Origin: Octopus bimaculoides
Taxonomy: Eukaryota
Length of the DNA stretch: 40,612 bases
Direction of reading: 5' to 3'
Assembly: GCF_001194135.2 (NCBI RefSeq)
Contig: NC_068999.1
Span: 41,911,500-41,952,111, forward strand
Shown: positions 34,150 through 40,612 of the stretch, piece after piece
Numbering within the stretch: position 1 is the stretch's first letter
How the letters are laid out: each line of letters starts with the position of its first letter
Translations under genes and position numbers: made by a program
Notes under the pieces: model-generated
The model's input: the letters and a program-made list of their open reading frames with translations, nothing else
What the model was told of the DNA's origin: nothing
The model's database searches: none

Positions 34150-34303
34150 CACTTTCTTTTGTTTCAGTCATTTGACTGCGGCGATGCTGGAGCACCATCT
34201 TTTGGTCGAGCAAATCGACCCCAGGACTTACTCTTTGTAAGCCTGCTACTTATTCTATTGTACTGTTGCTGAACCGCTAACTTACAGCGACGTAAACACA
34301 CCA

Positions 34304-34348
<45 letters not shown>

Positions 34349-34442
34349 CGACGAGCTTCTCTCAGTTTCCGTTTTCCCAATCCACTGACAAGGCTTTGGT
34401 CGGCTCGAGGCTATAGTAGAAGACACTTTCCCAAAGTGCCAG
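34150..34442 (-). mobile_element. SINE A, partially deleted
   Basis: Reverse-complement match. Further degenerate A pieces lie at 13740-13955, 14090-14270, 15065-15390, 20500-20605, 27300-27455, 29410-29550 and 33545-33680. Confidence 0.8.
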
Positions 34443-34904
34443 GCAGTTTACGTAAATAAGAGAGGAAATGAGAAAAGTGTTCATAACATACGAAGGATGT
34501 GATACCATGAATTGATGCAGATCTCCTAATTGCAGGGAACCTTCAACGAGGGCCAATCAAGGAACCTCACAGATCCAGGCTTACCTCGACTACCAAAATG
34601 CACGAGTCCTCGCCTCTAATCTACAGGCACATGCTTAGCGTCAGTCCTTCCGAGCCACTTTTCTATCGGTCACTCACCTATTTTACAAATTCACTGGGAG
34701 CGAGCACTTAGTTTCTCATATAGGCAACATTCGTGTTTCCACCCCCATGCCTCAAAAAACAAGTAGCAGGTTTATTGCTGGTTGTACTACCTTTGGGCGG
34801 AGACTGCAACATATTTTTCGAACGGACCCCTGTATCTAAGATCCGAACGTGTCTCGTGTTAAGCAACGCGACAAACGATTCAGTATGGTTACTTTTCTAA
34901 ACTT

Positions 34905-35120
34905 TTTCAAGAAAGGATTGCAAGATAAATTCTTCAGGCCAAGCTAACAGGTTGGAGACCTTGGGAGCAGACCAAGAACGAGATGGTTGGATGATATTCT
35001 TAATCTTCATTTGGGAATTCAATCAAAAAGTGTAATGATTGTTGCTTTTGATATGGTGGGAGATGCCTGAGGTCTTTACTTCCTTCACCCTACTTCTCAG
35101 GAATAATGGGCAGCGAATTT
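34905..35120 (+). mobile_element. Decayed RTE-type LINE 3' end
   Basis: Reads RIAR*ILQAKLTGWRP then (frameshift) RPRTRWLDDILNL.LGI; GRPRTRWxD is the conserved RTE C-terminal motif. Confidence 0.6.
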
Positions 35121-35904
35121 GGACGGTTGGTAAGTGTCCTGATGGATGTGGCTTGAAGGAAGGAGATCGCTGCTGATTAAATTTCATTTTAATTACAAGA
35201 CCCAATGGTTGATGAAACTCAGCCGCTATACGGTCGCTCGGATTGTTAGAAATAACAGCGAAATATCTCTGAAATTACTAGGTACCATCTTTAAGATAAA
35301 GGTAACATTAGAAATGAAGTCTAGGGAGCAGAATGTCCGCAAAAAAAATAAAATAAATAAAAAGAGATGGAACAGAACGGCTACGAGTTGGAATTCATTC
35401 GATCAGGGCTGACCCGAAGATAAAACATAAACAACCCAACCCCTCTCTTTTTCTCACACACATACCTATACGCACATTGCATTTGTGGAGGCGTAAGGAT
35501 GGATCAAAATGTCAGTGTTCGAAGTTAAGTGACGCAGTATTTAAAGATTTTTAGAATTGTGATCGAATATGATCGGTATGTGCCTGAAATATGAGACCGT
35601 CGTTACCCTCTTATTTGAAACAGAAATATTACAACAATGACAACAACGACAGCTAAGGTCTTTATATTGCAGTTAGTAGGAGGAACGAATGAATCAAAAA
35701 CAGCAACAACAAATTTATAAAAAGGCAATAAAATCGCACAATGACGTGGTGTTGTCGGGCACCACACCCAAATGTAATAAAGGAAGAAATATTGGTGCCA
35801 TATTTTTAATTCAAACACTAACATAATACGAAGGTGTAATAAAGCTGATATTGCTTGGACAAAGAGACTAAAATAAAATACATTCGCTGTTGTCAACAAT
35901 AGCA

Positions 35905-36025
<121 letters not shown>

Positions 36026-36944
36026 CTATTGCTGTCTAACCCACGTCAGCCCTCATCGAGCAGACCTCGAGTTCAAAGTCATTTCATCCTGTCTTTTTAT
36101 TCCAGATAAACCTATGTAGGACTACACTATCAAAAGTTTCCTCAACAAAGTCTCACTCAATTTCTCTAAGATGTTATATACGTATCTGCTTATCTATCTA
36201 TCTACCTGCCTGTCTACCTACCTACCTGCCTGCCTGTCTACCTGCCTGCCTGCCTGCCTACCTGCCTTTTGATATATGCACTTGAAACAGCCACTGATTA
36301 AAAGACCTTCGTGTGTGCATACATTTATAAACGTGGAACGGCACTCGCTGCAATATTTTGTCTGAGAAACTTCTCAAAGAGACCCAAGCGTTATAGCGTT
36401 TCTCTCAGAACACCTGTACATCACAGGATACGGTTTTTCGACCTGGTATCGTTCCATATTTGTACACACACACACACACACCCACACACACACACACACA
36501 CACACACATTTGCTATACTCGGTTAATCGTCACTTGGTAAATCCTAATGTCCTTCCAAGGATTGCATAGTGTCCGTAGAGAAAAAAATTATAAAAATTAA
36601 TTAAGATGTAAATTTTATTATACACATCGTTCTTCGTCAAGACCTGACGTTCAGATGATACCCGACTAACAGTAATAATAGACCCTGATGAAGTTGCACC
36701 GATAACTAACACCAAGATGAGCATTTAACAGCATGCACTGGATAACAGAGGAAACGAAGAACAATGTGATTAGCTGTGTTATAAAACTTGGATATGCAAA
36801 TCTCCGTTCTCCTGATCTTCATTAATTTTCATTAAGAAGCTTCCGGATTCAGTTCCACTACGTACTACCTTGGGCCGACCAAAGACTTGTAAGTGGATTT
36901 GGTCGATGAAAACTGAAAGAAGCCCGTCGTATATATATATATAA

Positions 36945-37160
36945 CCCTGCCCAAGCTCGTCGAAACGCCGGTGTTAAAACGTGGGTAGCTGATGAAGTAG
37001 AATGTTCTCTATGTGGCTTGTGTGTTTTCTCGTCTACGTTTGTTTGCAATGTCCTGTACCCAGATATGCACCTATACATACAGGTGGATGTCGGTATGCA
37101 CATACCTGTACGTATATATGCATATACTCATTTACTATTTGTTTATATATATATATATAT
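36945..37160 (+). repeat. Family P3 copy nested in a SINE A microsatellite
   Basis: Contains cgaaacgccggtgtt...gctgatgaagtagaatgttctctatg...gtcctgtacccagatatgc. SINE A halves lie at 36860-36940 and 37510-37620. Confidence 0.65.
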
Positions 37161-37842
37161 NNNNNNNNNNNNNNNNNNNNNNNNNNNNNNNNNNNNNNNN
37201 NNNNNNNNNNNNNNNNNNNNNNNNNNNNNNNNNNNNNNNNNNNNNNNNNNNNNNNNNNNNNNNNNNNNNNNNNNNNNNNNNNNNNNNNNNNNNNNNNNNN
37301 NNNNNNNNNNNNNNNNNNNNNNNNNNNNNNNNNNNNNNNNNNNNNNNNNNNNNNNNNNNNNNNNNNNNNNNNNNNNNNNNNNNNNNNNNNNNNNNNNNNN
37401 NNNNNNNNNNNNNNNNNNNNNNNNNNNNNNNNNNNNNNNNNNNNNNNNNNNNNNNNNNNNNNNNNNNNNNNNNNNNNNNNNNNNNNNATATATATATATA
37501 TATATATAGATTTGTGTGTCTGTATTTGTCCCCCAACCATCACTTGACAACCGATGTTGGTGTGCTTATGTCTCCGTGACATAGCGGATCGGCAAAACAG
37601 TCCGTTAGAATAAGTACTAGCTAACGATTCAGCCAGCTCATAGCCTTTTTATAATGATAACAATAATCCTTTCAACTACAGGCACAGAGCATGACATTTA
37701 GGGGAAGCGGGGGGTCTAGTCCTCAGAACCTAAAGCCGGAAGAAATGTCGCTGAGAATTTTGTCCGACGCGCTAACAATTCTACTAGATTGCTACCGCCC
37801 TAACAGCAGCAGCAGCAGCAACAACAATAATGATAATAACAC

Positions 37843-38413
<571 letters not shown>

Positions 38414-38988
38414 AATAGCTTTTTATGTATTTACCACACGGTTAACAAATACAAAATGCGACAACAGCGAAAGCAACAACATTTAGATTCACTGACGTCA
38501 AAAGCTACAAAGTAGAGCAGAGGCATATTGTCATAATAAGTTAACCCACCTTCAACCTTTCTTATATCTTGAGAAACACAAACACCCACGCTCATACATA
38601 CATTCCACCTCCCCACATCACGGTTATATAAGTCAGTCGACAATACAGTTACACCCGAAATGCCATGCTTTTAAGTCTAAGTATTGTATCTGCTACCTAG
38701 CCCACTCGGTGTGTTAGTCTCTTTGTTTGCTTCTATCTATCTATCTATCTATCTATATATCTATGTGAAAGCAGAGGAAGCTGAACTTGTTTCCGAACGA
38801 TTATTAGTCAGGGCACAGAAATGCTATCTTTAAAAGTTGCCAAACCAGTAAGACAAGTCTTAAGATTATTGTATTAAGACATGTCAAGGAGTCGTAAGAT
38901 CATTGTGTTAAGACATGCCAAGTATTTCTCCAGATTGTCGAAGTTCATGTTTGCGTTGTTCTTTACCGGACGTTTAGGAATTTGTGGT

Positions 38989-39026
<38 letters not shown>

Positions 39027-40128
39027 ATATGCATATTACGTATTATTTGCATATTTTTAGCTGTTGTTGGTGACTCGTTTCCAACAAAATAGCTCTTCCT
39101 AGTTAGAGTTAGCGCGCGGTGATGGACACGGATTTCAGACTTTGAGACACTACGTTGTTTCGGCTTAGTTGTGTCTCTTTAGAATAAAGAAGTAGGGTTG
39201 TTTTTCAAAGCGATTAGCGTATTCATGTTGGAATCGGTTGGAATGAACTAAGAATGAAAATACCATGTCACTGTTGGGATTCTCGTAATTCTTTGTACAC
39301 GTGATAATTACATAATTAATATAATTATATATTAATGAGTAGTCTTATACGTTGTGCGCTAAACACCTTGGAAAGGAGGTGAAAGACTCTAATGATGATA
39401 GATACCGTGGTGACAAGTAGTGCTGGTGGATCTACGTCGTCCAACGACGAGGATTTAATTGATCCTGAGTTACCTACTCCTGAATTAACATAGAAGTGAC
39501 TGAATCTTCTACAGACAGGTGTAGCCTTAACGTGTCATTCTTAAACGGAATCAGTGAGTCACATGGTGGCAAAGATTACCCTTTAATTTATTAAAAACAT
39601 ACAAGAAATGTACGTAAACATCAGGTCCCTTAGCGGAGTATATGGTCGACTTTCAACAATATGGCCGACTTTCAATGGATTTATTTTGAAGTATTGCTCC
39701 GTCTTTTATTTATTGTCGTAGGGGAGGGTCGAATTCTTTGTGTTTTATGCTTTAAAAATAAGAACAAAGTCAGACAATGACTTTTGCAATGGACTCCCTC
39801 CATCCCACCTCGCCCAAATGAAAAACACGATGGAACGAATTAATTTGCAATTTTAAGATAAAATATATTCAGACATTCCTTGTAAATAGTTTCAGCATTT
39901 CTCTATGCAAATTATATATGCATATACACACAGCATTTGTGTGTGTGTGTTTATTGTATTTGTTGTGCAAAATTTTACTTGTAAACTCGTGTTTTAAAAG
40001 AAATATTGGATTTTTATTGTCAGTTTTCTTGACATTTTACCGCCGCGCTACAAATTCTTTTGGCAAAAATGACACTCCACTACCTCTCTCTCCCACTAGC
40101 CCACACATGCATATAATGTGTGTGTGGT

Positions 40129-40412
40129 GAAGGTGCGTGGCTTAGTGATTAGGCTATTCGGTTCAAGATCGTAAGGTCGTGATTTCGATTCCCAGCGGGC
40201 GTTGTGTCCTTGAGCAAGGTGCTTTATTTCACTTTGCTCCAGTTCACACAGATGCCAGAAATGAACCTTGCCGCATTCTATGTCACGCTGAATCTCCCTG
40301 AGAATTGCGTTAAGGGTACGCGTATCTGCGAAGTCCTCAGCCAATTGCACGTTTATTCCACGAGCAGGCGGTTCCGTTGATCGGATCAATTGGAACAGTC
40401 ATCGTAGTAACC
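40129..40412 (+). mobile_element. SINE family C (tRNA-like head gaaggtgcgtggcttagtg...ttcgattccc; core gttgtgtccttgagcaag)
   Basis: A/B-box-like head. Homologous heads lie at 31458-31560 (+), 14445-14810 (+, two), 13282-13392 (-) and 10880-11015 (-). Confidence 0.8.
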
Positions 40413-40612
40413 ATCTATAATTCTGTATTGACTCGAATGGAAAAATGTGTCGCTCAAGAAGGATTCCAGTTCGAACAATTTTCACGATGTTCCATATTCA
40501 GATGCTTTTATTAAATTCATTCAGTTAATAAACATAAACTAATCTTGGAATTCAACGATTTTGATTTACTGTCGAGTAACTTTTGATCAACCTTGTACAT
40601 AATCATATATAT

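Noticed and set aside
34575-34680. Two minus-strand donor-like sites (gag|gtaagc, tag|gtgagt) in a GC-richer patch, suggesting a first exon
   Set aside because: No ORF, acceptor or promoter evidence; cannot be supported without transcripts.
36680-36715. CCCTGATGAAGTT, a perfect hammerhead 5' core
   Set aside because: No GAAA, stem III or complementary stem I follows at a usable distance.
39392-39493. Short acidic ORF MMIDTVVTSSAGGSTSSNDEDLIDPELPTPELT*
   Set aside because: Only 33 codons, with no recognisable domain or splice context.

Overview
AT-rich, microsatellite- and SINE-dense eukaryotic genomic DNA with nine N gaps. The repeat landscape looks like an octopus (coleoid cephalopod) scaffold; this is inferred, not database-checked. 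One protein-coding gene is supported, on the minus strand: a filamin-family gene with three calponin-homology domains (jitterbug/FLN-2 type). Six exons (13007-12818, 11202-11137, 10528-10315, 9104-9005, 6985-6798, 2552-2397) join in phase through GT-AG introns into 304 codons covering the end of CH1, CH2, a divergent CH3 and most of the first filamin Ig repeat. I could not find its 5' exon(s) in the 27.6 kb upstream or the next 3' exon. The rest is transposon-derived: several tRNA-type SINE families, RTE, R4/Dong-like and probable L1/Tx1 LINE relics, a Ty3/gypsy RT relic, hAT-like MITEs, two foldback elements and Penelope-like terminal repeats. The best leads are two different minimal hammerhead-ribozyme relics in the sense orientation of the gene, both with a mutated CUGA core; a SINE subfamily whose 3' tail matches a LINE 3' end in the same window; a ~290-bp-arm hairpin in an intron; and a 68-nt cryptic exon supplied by antisense SINEs. 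Repeat boundaries are approximate and all alignments were done by eye.
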